Source: the human T2T-CHM13v2.0 reference genome, Homo sapiens
DNA: 64,000 bases
Direction: 5' to 3' (one strand)
Assembly (NCBI RefSeq): GCF_009914755.1
Contig: NC_060936.1
Under the pieces are notes generated by a model. It was not told the origin of the DNA. It saw only the letters and a list, made by a program, of their open reading frames with translations, and did not search any database. The position numbers and the translations under genes were made by a program. Numbering within the stretch: the first letter of the stretch is position 1; every line of letters begins with the position of its first letter. Below, in pieces: positions 14,499 to 29,600 of the stretch.

Positions 14499-16467
14499 TG
14501 TGTATGTGTGTGTGCACACATATATGTACATATATGTACATACGTGTATTATATTTGGAAAATATCTCCCTCAAGCTCTGATGTGGAAAGACAGATCCTG
14601 CTAGAAAAAATAATGTAAATGCAACCTAGCCTAAATGAGAAAAACAGAACATCAGTATCAGTAATAGGTAACTGAAGAAAGCCACCGACTGAAAGTATGA
14701 TGAATCTCGTAAGATTTTGATAGTGCCACTATTGTGAAAAAAATCACCCCGAATCAGCTGAAAACCCCAGCGTCAAATGCTGCTTCTGCTTCTACTACAA
14801 CGTAAGTGCCTAAAGGAGGAGTTGGCAAAAAAGAACATGGAATCACAACTTACGGTTAAAGAAATCTTCCTATCAGAAAAGTATTTTATCCTCTTTTTAC
14901 TGCTAAATATTGTCTTTTGTAGGAGGGAATCAATGTGAAGGAACAGTAGTTACTTCATCTAAAACTCTAAACAGAACAATTAATGTCTACCTTGGACATC
15001 TTTGGGTGGGAGACACTATTTAATGCCTAAGACTTACACTTAGAGGGTGCTTTAGAGTGTGCTGGCTGACTCTTTTAGTACATTAAGCATTCTCTCTCTA
15101 TTCATGGACTTTTAAAAGTCTTCTCTTTTTCAGGCTCTCCTACTTATTGAAACCTGTATGTTTCACCTTGCCTGCCCTTTGCAGACCCATCTTTTGTAAT
15201 CATGTCCTTTTTCTCCACCTGCCTGTCCTGTATATGTGGCTTCAGCTTATCCTGACATCTGATTGGACTTTTTGTCCTAAGGCTAACCATAAGGTAGGCC
15301 CACTCACTCTCATATCCAGCCCTAGGTTCCAGAATCTCCTTGCAGAAACTGAAGTCTGGTCTCTCACTTTGTGGGTGAATGAGTATGAATTTCTAAAACA
15401 ACTTGTTTAAATTATTCCATTAAATTTTTTCAATCCTATGATTTAGGCTCAACATGCTTGCGTTTGTTTTAGAGTAAAGAAGAGATATGATTTATTAAAA
15501 TCATATAACATATAAATAATAGGGTTATTAGAATTTAGGTATTCTGACTCTAATCTAGATCTTTCTATATATCACAAGAATCATTCAAGTATTTTGGTAT
15601 CAGTCAAGCCTTTAGTATTTCTGAAGGTAAACTTTAATGCCTTTATTTCTCAAGCATATCTGTATTTCAAACATCTTTCTTATCAAAATTAAGATTTAGC
15701 TAGTACATACATATTCTTTGATATGCACTGAGTATTTTTGTAAGCACATGTAATGCATTATTTATTTATGACAGCAATACTATGAGGAAGTTAAATATAG
15801 ACATAGCAGAGAGTTGAGTAAGTTTGGAGCTGGGGTTTAATACTAGACAGTGTGCCTCCAGATTTAATGTTTTTGCCCATGATGCAATGCTGCTCCTATC
15901 AAACCGATGGTCTCCTTACAAGTTTAGCAAAGAGCTTTGTACAAGTTAATGCGAAAGGAGAATCAAACAAGAAGTGTTTAAAAAACAATTTGTAAAAAAT
16001 TAAATTTAGAAATTCTTAACTTGATTGTTGATGTATTTCTTGCAAGACTATTCATTATAAAATCATTTCTTACTATTTGAAACCATTAATCAAGTATATA
16101 CTTAAAACACATTTAATAACATTCAAATGAGCACATTGATATTTTTTGACACTAGAAAAAGGGCACTTCCAGTAGCTCTTAAAGAAAATGCCTAAAGCAG
16201 TAATTCATTAATGTCAAACATAGCCAGATAAATATATCTTAAAAATTGTTTTTCTAGATTAAACGGGTTTCTATTAACTTTAAAATAATAAAAATGTTAT
16301 TGCTCTATGAATTTCATAGAAGACATTAAATCAATATAATAATATGAATCAATCAATATTCACACCATTATAATTTCTAAAACTATATAATTTAAGACAA
16401 GTTAATGTCATCTATTACTGATTAAATATGTGGTGCTCATTCTAGTAACTATTTCAGTTTAATTCAG

Positions 16468-17184
16468 CGTGGCCTGGATGTGAGACACGGAATCAAAGGA
16501 GATCATATTGGAGCTTTAAGATTTGATTTTGGACTTGCATGGGACCTGTAGCCCCTTTGTTTTGGCCAATTTCTCCCATTTGGAATGGCTGTATTTACCT
16601 AATGCCTGTAGCCCCATTGTATCAAAAAAGTAACTACCTTGCTTTTAATTTTACAGGCTCATAGGCAGAAGGGACTTGCCCTGACTTGGATTAGACTTTA
16701 GACTGTGGACTGTGGAATTAATGCTGAAATAAAGTAAGACTTTGGGAGACCATTGGGAAGGCATGATTGATTTTGAAATGTGAAAGGAACATGAGATTTG
16801 GAAGGGACTGGGGCGGAATGATATGCTTTGGCTTTGTCCCCTTTCAAATCTCATCTTGAATTCCCATGTGTTGTGGGAGGTACCTGGTGGGAGGTAATTG
16901 AATCATGGGGCAAGTCTTTCTCATGCTGTTCTCGTAATAGTGAATAAGTCTCATAAGATCTGATGGCTTTAAAAAGAGGTGTTATCCTGCACAAACTCTC
17001 TCTCTCTCTCTCATTTTTTGCCTGCCGCCATCCACAAGACGTGACTTGCTCCTCCTTGCCTTCCACCATGATTGTGAGGCTTCCCCAGCCATGTGGAACT
17101 ATAAGTCCAATTAAACCTCCTTCTTTTGTAAATTGCTCGGTCTCAGGTATGTCTTTATCAGTAGCATGAAAACAGAATAATACA
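16468..17184 (+). mobile_element. THE1 (THE1A/B-like) 3' portion: internal 3' end, polypurine tract and 3' LTR (16819-17184); 5' LTR absent
   Basis: GGATGTGAGACACGGAATCAAAGGAGATC internal motif; PPT GAAGGGACTGGGGCGGAA; LTR TGATATGCTTTGGC...GAATAATACA. Confidence 0.88.
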
Positions 17185-18254
17185 GGGTCCCATCCATTCT
17201 CCATTAATGACATAAATTTCATATAAGATACTGGATGAGATTGCAAATTTGACTAATATTGTAACTTGTAATCTTACAGAATCAAACTTTGTTTTTGTTT
17301 TGACTATGGTGGTTCTCTGGCTTTGTTTAAAAGAGAATATCTATTATAATAAGAAAAAGTATACGCCATGGAATGAACATTTGAAATTAGAAACTTACAA
17401 GTTTTCATTCTTTCTTTCAGATTGTACAGTGCAGTTACCAGTAACCACCCCACCACACAGATGCTGAGTTATTCATATGTTCATTTTGTTCTGTGGCCCA
17501 GCCACAAGTTTTTGCTAAGATTTGTCTTGGGTGGTCATTTCATTTTAGGTCACAATAAGTCATAATTTAACCAATTATAATTTTGAAAGCCCTGAGATTC
17601 CAGAGACAAATTTCTGTTGGTTAGAGTTTTACCACCCTTGTTTTTAGCTAACCAATGTAATATTTTCAAGGAAAATTATAATGTGAGATTTGGAAAGTAG
17701 ATGGAAACTAGCAAAGATGTGCCATACAACCAGTCTGATCAACATATTGATGCTTACATCACTTAACAATGCATAGCTCAGATTATACTGCTGACTGTGA
17801 CAGCCCTGGTCTCTGCAAGCAACTGTTGTACTTCAATAACTTGGGTACCTGGAAACTCAGTGTTCTACCTGTGGCCTTTGCTGCCATTCTCAGCCAGAAT
17901 GGATTCTGTTTGAACCCTAAGTCTTTAGCTTTCAAATTTTATATTCAATTTCATTTACAGATATACCTAACGTAAAATACTAGTGTTTTAGCTGCAAAAG
18001 AACATGAAAGTGAGGAAAGTGAGGGTCTCATTTTGCTACAGTAGGCCATGAATCTCCCAGTGCTCTCATAAATCAGAGGACAATCCAAGCAGGCACATCT
18101 TAAAGCAAGGGCAACAAAAATAAATGGCATTTATCTGTTTTATATACTTGTGACTACCCATACATAGAAAGGTTGTTTGAAGTAGATACTAAGAATATTA
18201 ATAATGCAGGTTCTGATAGCTAGGATAAGAACTTTATTTTACAGATTAAACAAA

Positions 18255-18435
18255 ATTATGGCTTGTTTTTAAAGATAAAAGTTCATTGGAACAGAACTAT
18301 ACCTGTCATTACCTATTATCTCTGAATGTTTTTGCTCTACTGCAGCAGAATTGAGTAGTTGAGACAGACCATATGGCACAAAAAGTCTAAAATATTTATT
18401 ATCTGACCTGTACAGTAAGAGTTTGCCAACCTCTT
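18255..18435. mobile_element. MER58A-like hAT-Charlie relic
   Basis: GCAGAATTGAGTAGTTGAGACAGACCATATGG...AATATTTATTATCTGACC...GTTTGCCAACCTCT. Confidence 0.7.
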
Positions 18436-19440
18436 CTGTAGATTATTAATATTCTCTGAAATTATGGTGACAAAGCACTAACTATTGTGGTAGTCTTGCA
18501 GGTAATTCTAATTTTCATTATAATTTGAATTTTTAAAAAACTGTGCAATAAAAAATTGACTTACATTTCTCTTGGAGAAAACTGACATTGCAAAATTGAG
18601 TAAAATAAAAAAGGAAAAATGTTTTTGAGGAAAAGTACACATGACATTGCTAATGAAATTTCTATTAAAATGTTAGAATAAACATGTATCACACAGGTCA
18701 AGTGAACATTAAAATGTGTACTCAGAAATGAGTTCCTTATAAAATTGAGTTTGTTTTTAAAATACATTGATGGCTTTCACTTTCAATAACCTGAGGAAAC
18801 AGACATCTAGATGAAGAGGTTCTGGAGGCAGTTTATAAACTAAAGTACTTTACAGACAAAAATACATTGTTTTGTCTTTAAATAGACATCTTATGTTGTA
18901 AAGATTTACCTATTTACAAACCCATTATTTTTCCCACACTATTTTTTCTTTACACATTGATGTTGTATATTTTCCCCATGTTTTTAAAGTTACCAGTTTG
19001 AGACAAACATAATTTATATTTTCTAAAATGCTAATTCTGCTTCACAAAAGGAAATGCAACCCAAAAGCAACTCTCTGTCATTAAGCAATAGTGTTTTCTC
19101 TTGAGCTGTGAACTGCAAAATGATATAGAAACAGCAGAAGCAATAAATTTAGAGCATCTGCAATTTTCAAGCAGTTTCCATAATAACTAGCCAGAATGTT
19201 TGCTTTGTTTTCTGGCTAACCACCAGCTTTCATATAAAGATTATATCTCTTTATTGATCTGTGTGCTGAAATGAATCATAAAAGTTTTTTCTTTTTTTTT
19301 CCTCTCTCTCAAGAATGGTTTTCAATACTATGGTTTGGCGGGAACTAACTAGCAAATTATATATTAATCCAAATTTTCTTTTGTGGGGAACGTGCCTAAT
19401 AGAAACTTATAAATGTTTATTTTTAACTAATTAATCAATC

Positions 19441-19600
19441 ATTTAGAGACAGGCTCTCACTCTGTCACCCAGACTGGAGTGCAGTGGCACAATCGTAGCT
19501 AACAGGCTCACTGTAGCCTCAAACTTCTGTACTGAAGCAATCCTCCCACACTGGCCTCCCAAAGTGCTAGGAGTACAGTGGGTGAGTCACCTTGCCCAGT
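19441..19600 (-). mobile_element. Alu monomer (FLAM_C/AluJ-like)
   Basis: GAGACAGGCTCTCACTCTGTCACCCAGACTGG...CCTCCCAAAGTGCTAGG, single arm. Confidence 0.8.
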
Positions 19601-22151
19601 CATTTGTTTTGATTAAGCATGTATGGACCCACAGCTCTACATAACCCAACCTCTAAAGTGTCATTTTTCTATGGCTCTGGTAAAACTGAACTGTAATAAA
19701 AATTCCCTGATGCTTCATTTTAAGAAGAAACAGGAAGGCACAAGTAACATAACTTCTTATTTGAGTTAAAATAAAATCCTAACAGGTTATATGTTTGGAA
19801 AATCTTTAAAGTCATTTGTTATTAATATTGCAGGAAAATACTTTTTGTTGTCAATCTTCTTTTCTCTAGTATATCAAGTTAAGCTTATTAATGCTAATAT
19901 AAACATTCATTTAAATGTATTATTTGAAAAAGAAGAGGAAAAATCAAATCTGTTATTTGGACAGAGAAGCAAATTGTATTTAAATTGCTCATAAAGCTAG
20001 CATAGACCTTGGAATATCTAAAATGAAGAGGCCTGTAAAACTTGTTGTTATACAAATTAAGTCTGATTATAGATATAAATTATACGGAATGGAACAGTTG
20101 GTTATGTGACTTAATCACAATAAATAATATTTAATTAGTTTTCTCTGGGAACTATGCTAAACACTTTATAGGCACTTACATAAGTCTCTTAAAAGCATTA
20201 AGTAGTCTGTCCCCATTTTACAGATTAATAATATATTTTATATAGAGAAAATAATTTACCAATGGTAACATATTATGTATCAGAACAAAAATTTTAACAT
20301 GAGGGCATTTCTAAAAGTTGAAATCATCACAAAGTCAACTGCCTTTTTGACTCTGCTTTTAACAATATAAAGAGCAAACTAAGCTAATAGACTCATAAAA
20401 GGGAACCCCAAACCCATATTCTGATAATAACCCAGAATCTGCTTATCCCATTAGGAAGCCCCAAACGTACACTATTTGCTTTGATTTATGTAGTATCTAT
20501 AAATGGACTCATGTAGATTAAAGCATCAGGTTGTTTCTTTTGTTTCCAAATCTCCTTTACTCTTTATTCTTCCCTGTCTTCTCCCTTTGCTCTCCATTTA
20601 TAAAACAGGTGGACTTTATTTTACAATGTTCTTATTTCTGGAACTCCATCTATGAGAATCCATATTGTGGGGAAATATTATGGTACCTAGTACAAAATTC
20701 TTGTACATTTCAATACCTTCCAATATGGTAAGAATAAAAAATTTACATAATTTCAACAACGATAAAACAATGAATAAAATATTTATAATGCTGTATTAAG
20801 AAATTAACATTGTTCACAAGGCATCCCTCATCTTTTAGTAACCTACTAAAAATAATACTTAGATATTTAAATGAAATCTTCCTCACTGACAGAGAAACTA
20901 GATTTATAGCCAGTTAACCTGTGACATTTCAACTCAAAATTTTTCTAAGTGTGCCTTTTATGTTTTTATTCTGTTCCTTCATTTCCTTCCCTAGGAAGCC
21001 CCCAGTCTTCTGTCTAAAGCAAAGGAGATCTGATAATTATTTAGATATGACATTAGTACCAGTTACAAATGCATGTTTAAAAAGATGACCACCATAGTAA
21101 CCTCAAAGTCATTTGTATGGCACACATCGGGAAAATAGTAAGTTCTCAATGAGCATTAATTCTCTTAATTTCTAGAAAGTAAGACAAACCATGCAATTCT
21201 GGACTGAAGTTGTGTGTCATACTGATAATCTGGTCTTCAACATATTCTCAAGTTGTATCTAATATTTTCCTCTCTAATCCACATTGATATTAAAAAAACA
21301 CTGCAAAAAAGATATTTTCCCCTTTTTGGAGAGAAATTTCTTTTTATAGCATGTTTAATTATTTTAAGAATTCTCCTTATTGTACTAACTTGGCTATTTA
21401 ACTGTTTCACTCATTTTTTTTTTTTACTTTCTCTAATAACAGATGGGTCTTCCTGATATGGGTTTTCTAAATGCATTTCCACTCCAAACTTCATTGTTAA
21501 ATGAAGTATAGATCATGTTATTAGCATTTGTATCTAAAATCCCACTCAATCATTCCCATTACAGGTAGTTGTTCCAGTTTGTCCAAATTGAGCTTAATAA
21601 AAAATATCAATTCTTTTCAAGAATTTTTAGGTGAATTTTGATTTAGTAGAAAAAACAAATGAAGTCTAATTACAGACAGGAAACCATTATTATTGAAGTG
21701 TCCAAAACTTGTTTCATTTAATTGACTTTAAAGTATTTCTGTTACTCTATTACTATTGAGATTTATGCTACTAATTCTAAAGTAAAAAGTAATTAAAACT
21801 GTTATCTAGCATCAATACATTATCATCTGTGATAAAGAATGTCAAATATATTAGGTAAAATTTCAAGCTAGGAAAAATTAAGAGTTAGATATATATTTAT
21901 AATACAATATTCTCCCATAAAGTTATATAATATAAATATATACTATATTAATATCTTAATAATATTGTAATACATTTAGTATAGAATTATATATACATAT
22001 TTAGAAAATATATATACACACACACGTGCTCACACACACACACACACACACACATACCTTGACAGTCATAGTAGGTTAAAAACAAACGTGCCATTAGAAT
22101 CCCCTGTGAATTAATTTTGACTTCATAATCTTGTAGTTTCAAAATTAGATA

Positions 22152-22498
22152 GTGTTTTAGTCCATTCAAGCTGCTACAACAACTTAGACTGGTAACTTAT
22201 AAAACATAGAAATGTATTTTTCACAGTTCTGGAGACTGGGAAATCCAAAATCAAAACATCAGTGATAACTAGTCAGGGCAGGGCCCACTTCTTCATAGAT
22301 GTTACCTTCTAGCTGTATCTTCACATGGTGGAAGGATGAATAAGATCCCTCAGGACTCTTATAAGGCATTAATCCCATTCATGAAGACTCTACCCTTATG
22401 ACCTAACCACTTTTCAAAGGCCCCAAACTCGTAATACCATCACCTTGGGTATTCCACATATGAATTTCAGAAGGACACAAACATTCAGACCATAGCAC
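22152..22498 (-). mobile_element. MLT1A-like MaLR solo LTR
   Basis: TGTTTTAGTCCATTCAAGCTGCTAC...CACAGTTCTGGAGACTGGGAAATCC...ACATTCAGACCATAGCA. Confidence 0.8.
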
Positions 22499-25400
22499 AT
22501 AAGTATGGAATATTACATATACAAATATATAGTTTTTATTTTTAAAAATATCTTTTTTAGTTATTGTCTTGCCCTATGTCCAAATAGCTACTCTTCCTAT
22601 GGCAAGAAAATGCCCTTTCTTTTTAAACCATTGCCAACTCCATTGTTAACCCTACTTTCTATTGCATTTGGCTATACTGGAGAAATATAAGGTGGTCCAC
22701 AGTCAATAGCTAATAAATATTAGTTATTTATCAACATTTGAATGCAAAGGCAGATATAATGACTGACAAATATCCAAGGAATTGCTTAAACTTTTTAAGA
22801 AGACTAACCATTAAGTATATATATGTACACATCACATATACACACACACATATATAAACATATATATACACTTTATATATATATACTATATAATATATAC
22901 ACTTTATAGTGCATATTATATATATTTTTACAGGATATATATTTTTTATTACAAGATATATATGCATATAAATTACAAGGTATATATGTATGCATGCACT
23001 GTACACATATACATATATACCTTGTAATTAAAATAGAATCAACATTAATCTAGACAATGCAATAATTTAGTTTTAATGACTCTTGACAGGGAAGACTAAG
23101 ATCATTCTATGAAGTCTGATTCTCAAGCCCTCAGGTCTCTTTAAAACCTTTCAACAAGATTTGTTTCTCATAAGGAATCTAATTTAGTGCCTTAAGGTTA
23201 CCAAAGATGAGGAGAATAAATTGTTTTAGTGCCTAGACATTTTTTCTTTAACATACATTGTTAATATCCTGGTCAGAAACCAAGCCTAATTATGTGTTCT
23301 CTATGGCACTTAGGCCTTAATAAATGTTAACTGACAATAGCAACAAGAAGCATTCCTGATTCCTAGTCTTCCTGTTGACAGTTCCAATACTTTCTTACTA
23401 GATATTGTGAATACGCCAATACTTTTCCCCTCAATCAAAAGGGAAATAATAAAAAAAAAAATACAGTTGTCTTTGATTTGAGGTGTCCATTTGCTATAAA
23501 TATAGCAGGTATTTCTTGAATGATTATTTTTCTTCAAAATTCAGGATTAGAATCTTATTTGTATTTGATATTTAATCTCTCATGAACAGCTCACTGCAGC
23601 TCTAACTAGAAACCATTAGAAAGTAAGTTATCTAATTATCTTTGAACTTGTCATTATTGCAGTGGCAGAAATTCTAAGCTCTGCAGTTTTTGTATTACAC
23701 ATTATAATTATGTTAAAGATAAAATTTATTTTCTAATTTTACCTTGTACTTAACACAAAAAAGTATGCAACTCCTCATAAAATTTGGAATTATGTGAAAA
23801 TGTCATATTTGCTTTCTTTTTAAAAGCCAGTGATCAATGAGACTTCATTATAAACATACACCTTTATATAAATGCACATATGAGGAAAAATGGTTAAAAA
23901 TGAGTTTTCTCCACATGCACTTACATGAATCTATGAATCTATAAAATACTATTTAAACCACCACCATAGGTCTCATGAATATGTCAGAATTCTTAATGAT
24001 TTGTAGTAAAATACAGTCAAACTCTAAGAGCAATAAAATAGAATAAAGAGAGAGTAATTTTCAGTGAAATAGGCATGTAAAAGCCTGAGAAGTTGTAAGT
24101 TAAATGGCTGAAAAATTGTAACTCACTGTACAAGTAAGTTTGAACCCTGAAAGATTATGTCAGTGTAATTATGCCTCTGAAGAATAGCATACTTTTAATA
24201 ATTAATGGGGACAATTGGAGATTTGCAAACTATAATAATTGGTCTTCATTTTATCTATGAAGATAAATTAATGGGTTAAATAAGAAACACTTGTAAAATG
24301 CAATATATAGGTAAATCAGTTTAAAATTCCATTTTCTTAAAACATGATCTTACCTGAATGGTATTATGCAGAATTTCATTTATGTTTGAATATCTGGGTC
24401 ACTGTAAATTTACACAATTTCCCTAGCACCCTTGAAAAAAAGATAATTATTTCTAGAGGAAGTTAAATCATGCATTATTGATCCATCCGTTCTTTTATCA
24501 ACAGAAATTTGAGTTATACTCCATGCAAAATATTTTTCAAGGTGGTAGGGATAAAACAAAATGGATAATTCCTGCCTTAATGGAGCATATTATTGCTTAT
24601 GTTTTTTTTCCTCTGGAACTTAAATGCTTCAGATGTTTATTCATGTATCTTCAAAGTAACTGAAAAAGTATTTGGAGAAAAAGCTATTGAATTACAAATG
24701 GAAATATTGAGACTAAGAAACTTTACTAACAGGCAACTCCTAACATAGGATTCCTGATTTCCAGGAAAGTACTTTATTTGCTCAAACATACAGGTTTTCT
24801 TCACAACATATAAATTTCCAATTATTCTAGAAATGGTTTTGTTGGCATATGTACTTAATTTCATATTTAATTGATGTGGTACTCATCAAAGTGGAATTCT
24901 CATGGAAATATATCTTAATCGGAAATTTACTCTAAGATTTACTAAAGAAACCTATATTTATTTTCTTATTTCTTTTTGACAGTAGGTGAGATACCAAACA
25001 AAAGTTACAGAAATGATAGTAAATGCTGGCATTTTTCCTCTTATTATATATATAGTCAGATTTGTGCCTATATAAGAGGACTCACTTTAATATAAAACCC
25101 ACATTAACAAGATTTCAAAACATAAAATAAAGAAGTTAAAGCTTCCCATCAGTTTCATATAATCATGATACATCCTAGTCTGTTCTTCTCAAGTATAACA
25201 AAGTAAGCCAAGGCACCCTAACCTAGTATGATGATATTTACTCTGCTAATACATATGCCAATTTCCTCAGCCTTCCTCTGAGGAAGCTTTAAACTTTGTC
25301 AATGTTCATCATTGGTACTTTTTTTCTGTAAATGACGCATTTGCAAATTGCTGAAAACACAAGGCTGAAAGGATGAACTACCAACATAATCCCATCACAG

Positions 25401-25551
25401 AGAAGTGTTGAAAATATACAATGTGAATTCCCCTCCTTTACCCCAGTCCCAGCCATTTCCTGCTGATCCTCACCAAACAGAATGCACTGTTTGTACAGAA
25501 GTTCCTGTCCTTCTCATCCTGGCATTCTTGGTCTCATATACACATAATACT

Positions 25552-25993
25552 ATGTGTTGGCTTCCTAGGGCTGCTGTAACAAAGTGCAATTAATTAGGGG
25601 CTTAAAGCAACAGACATTTGTACTGTCATGTTTCTGGAGGCTGGAAGTTTGAAATCTAGATGTGTGCAGAGTCATGCTTCCTCAGAGGGCTCTCGGAAGG
25701 CATCTTTTCCTTTCCCCTCTTAGCTCCTGGTGTTTGCTCTTGGGTACCTCCTTGACTTGTAGATACATCACTTCAATTTCTGCTATTATAACCACATATC
25801 ATGCTTCCTTGTATGTCTGTGTCTCCTCTTCTTATAAAGACATCATCATTTTGGATCTAAGGCCCACCCTGATTGACTATGACTTCATCTCAATTTAATA
25901 CATCTGCAAAGACGCTATTTCCAATTAAAGTCATATTTTGGGGTTCTAGATAGGCATGGCTTTGGGGGACAGGGCACTATTCAATCCACTACA
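25552..25993 (-). mobile_element. MLT1B/C-like MaLR solo LTR
   Basis: TTCCTAGGGCTGCTGTAACAAAGT...TACATCTGCAAAGACGCTATTTCC...CACTATTCAATCCACTACA. Confidence 0.8.
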
Positions 25994-26213
25994 TACTGTA
26001 TATCTGTGTACATGCCCATATTTACTGTTGTTGCATAATTTAGTTTAATTATATCTCCTTTTAAAGAAATTGAAAGAAATTGGTCCTTCAATATTATTTA
26101 AGTCTTTATGGGACTCCTCAATGAAGAAAATCACATGTTAGGCAAAACAGTGCAAAAAAAGCCATTAAACATGCAAATTAGATGATTATGGGAAAGTTAG
26201 TCATTAGTTCTAT

Positions 26214-26697
26214 TGACAAAGATTCTCTCCTTGACCAAGCTCTAGTCAGGGTCCTCTGGGTCCTTCTTTTTGACAAGGCCTCAACATTGGCCTCTAAAGA
26301 CTTGAATAAAACACTAGCATAGTCTCTAACAGCTCAAGCCCACATCCTTAGGGTGACCCTATCCTCCCTGAAAATATGCCTCCCAAAGGGAACTCAGGGC
26401 TGCCAAAATAATTTGCCACTTGTTCCAGTCAACATTTGAAGAGAGTCTCTGTCTTCCAGCCTCTGTGAGAGAGGAGATGCCTAATTTCAATAAGGGACAG
26501 TTAGCAAACAGGTGGATTTCACTTTTCTGACTACTGAGCCCTCACTCACCCAGCCTCCCTATTACCCCAATTTTCCTTTAACATTCTCCATTACCTCTGT
26601 ACAAGGTTCAGTTCATACTGGGCTTTTCCCAATTACAAAGGTATTACTGATTAAAATCTGTCCTTACCACTAAAACTGTGGGGTTTGGCTTTATCTT
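26214..26697 (+). mobile_element. ERV1 solo LTR, MER31/MER67-like
   Basis: Starts TGACAAAGATTCTCTCCTTGACCAAGCTCTAGTCAGG; ATTAAAATCTGTCCTTACCAC near the 3' end. Confidence 0.65.
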
Positions 26698-29600
26698 TTT
26701 TGTTTATTATTATGGTTATATAATAGTTATACTCTGTGCCTACACAGCACACAGTATCGTTATAGTGATTTTCACACTGTGTTGAAATTATATGCATGAC
26801 TATATCTACAGCTGGATTATGAGCTACTTATGGAAAGTAGCTACATCACATATTTCTGAACTGTCAGGGTTTGATACAGTGGCCAAGATACAGTAGGCTT
26901 TTAGTGAAAGTCACAGGTTGAGCCCAAACTGGAATTCAAACATGTCTGGTACACTGATGAGGTAATCTCAGGTTTACCTGCATCATCAAATATCTCGTTT
27001 ACTGGCAAGATCAAAGGTTTCTTTCTTAAGGAAATCGGAAATCAATGAGACAAACTACCCAGAAAAAGAATTCACCAGAGTGACATGGGTTTCTGAACAT
27101 AAGACTAGATCTTTTACTCAGGCATGTTTTGTATGCTAGCCCGTTTTTGACAAATAATTTCTACAGAATGTAGAAAAATGGTGAGTTTGATTTAAAAGAG
27201 CTATTTCACTAAAAACTGTAAGTTGTGGGAACATAAACAACACAACTTGGCTAATATTTGACACAACATGCCAAAAAGAAAGGATGCATCTTCTCCTTAC
27301 TTGATGTGCCTGTGTCTCCAGATTTCTGCCACATTGAGAAATACCTATACTCAATAGTGATTAACTTATTGACGACATGAGTGAGATGCCCACAGCTAAG
27401 TTCCAGACATACTTTGAAGGCCATTTAAATGATACACAAAATTCCAGTTGACACTGACTTTCTATAAGCCCATTAGTATTGATGGGTGAGTAAGAGTTAG
27501 AGAAATGTGGGTTACACAGACTAAAATGGAATGTGTTACACTACAAACTACTGATTTAAAAGAGAATGAATGGAGAAATTATTTAAAATGGATCGCATTA
27601 TAAATTTTAGATCGAGTTCTAAGGTTTAAAACAGTAGCCAAGTAACCTTACGAGGACTTTTCAAACTTGTATTTTTATTTGAAAAGAGTTACTGTAAACA
27701 CATACAAGTTCATAAAGAGCTTGGAAAGTGTCATAATTTCAAACCTGTTAATGCAAAGCAAATCTCTGGTGACTGATATACATAGAAATAGATAATTTTT
27801 TTTAAATGAAAAGCCTTTATTGATACAAATTATTCCTAATGTTCTCCCAAATGACAAGTCTAAATTCATGAGCATTATTTAACAACAACAAAATAAATGC
27901 GCTTTGTTAGATTTATTGGGTCTAATTATAAACCTGCACTATCTTTAGACTGCATGAAACTAACATTTAGGAGCAAATGTAAATAGCTACAGAAACTCAT
28001 AAAATTTATTGAAATTATATTCTTAACTTACCAGATTCAAAAATTTAATGCAAAAACCAGTTAAGAAAGTTCTAAAGAATTTTTTTTCTGAAGATTTAGT
28101 TAATTATAATCTCCCATCAGAGAAAATTGCTTTCATTTATTCCTTACAAAGGTTTGACTCTTTTTGTGTGTTCTATATTCCTGCATGGTTAAGAGTTTAG
28201 CAGCACAATGTGAAGCTAAATCTTCTGAGGAAAGCATTTCGAAGTTTAATATTATTACCTGCAGATTTAAATTGCAATCATTTCCTAAGAGTTTCACATT
28301 TATTTCCATATTCTTTAGGCAAATTACCTATCCCAATGTTTGAATGAGGGAAAACAAGATATGAAAAAGACAAGGAAGGACAAACTTAGCAAAGATCTTC
28401 CTCATACAGAAGAAAAATCTCCCTTTTTCCATGGATGGCCATCCCCGAAATGGTGTTTCTCCAAGGAAGTAGTAAAATAGAGTTACCAAAATGTAGGCAT
28501 ATGTGTCCTGCCGTTTAGTTAACTGCTATTTTTCTTCAACTCAGCTGTTACTTTCTTAGGAAATACTTTCCTATTCTCTGTGACTATATTATGTTCTTGA
28601 ATATTGTTCTCTTATAACACCATGTTATCTTTAGAATCACTGATCACAGTGATAAAAACAAAGTAAAGCTGAACTTCAGGAAGACAGATGTGGGTATATG
28701 CTTGCTTACACTGTAGTTGCACCTCTTAGTTGAATAAACAAAAGAATAAATGCTTCAGTACTTGTCAAATTTTGTATCCAGTACACACATTCATAAAGCT
28801 ACCCAAATTACTCACTCAGTATAGACAAAATAGATGTCAGGCCATTCATAATTAGTAGATTAAAATAGTTCACACACACACACACAGTCCCCACATTTAT
28901 CAGTTCACCTATAGAGACAGCCTGACCATGCTTACAATGTATGCATATCAATATGTCAGTACTTAGCCAAAAATACTGGCTTGGCACATGTCTCCTTTGC
29001 AATTATAAGGAAAGATACAGAAGGCTTATGCTTATGGAAAATAGTCTGCACATAGCACTTAATCATGAGCCTGATCAATATCTTCACTTTTGCAGAGGGA
29101 GGAAAAGAGCAGCACATTTTTGCTTTTAACACCATGCCTTTGGTGCACAGTTAATTGAAACCCCATTAGAGTGACGTGTCTTTAGAATAAATTAGAGGAC
29201 AGCTCAAGCTCTATCCTTGAAATAATTAAACCACAAGCTTCCTGATCCCATTTTCTTGCGGACATGCCAGCTGCATTTGCACACATGCTGTTTGGGTAAA
29301 CTACCCATCTGAGCATTCGTGGAAGTGAACCATCCACCCCTAAAACACTGTAAATTTGAGTGTGACTTTATTGTTACACTGCAGTACCAGATAGAACCTC
29401 GTCTCAGGTGGAGAACAAAATGAGATGAGTTTAAATGGCACCTTTGCGAACTTTTTGAATTGCTCAAAGCATAATAAAGTACAGTTATTGACTCCAGTTT
29501 CAGAGAAAAAAATTTTTAGCTCAATGTATAAGTAATTTTTAAAGTATTTTAAAGTATAGGTTGATTTTTAAAAACATTTATGAATATGTATTCTAAAACT

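Noticed and set aside
14690-14807. Possible exon ending at CAAC/GTAAGT
   Set aside because: Donor-like motif only; no convincing acceptor, frame or recognisable protein
16651-17246. ORFs of 67-131 aa
   Set aside because: Incidental frames in THE1 sequence
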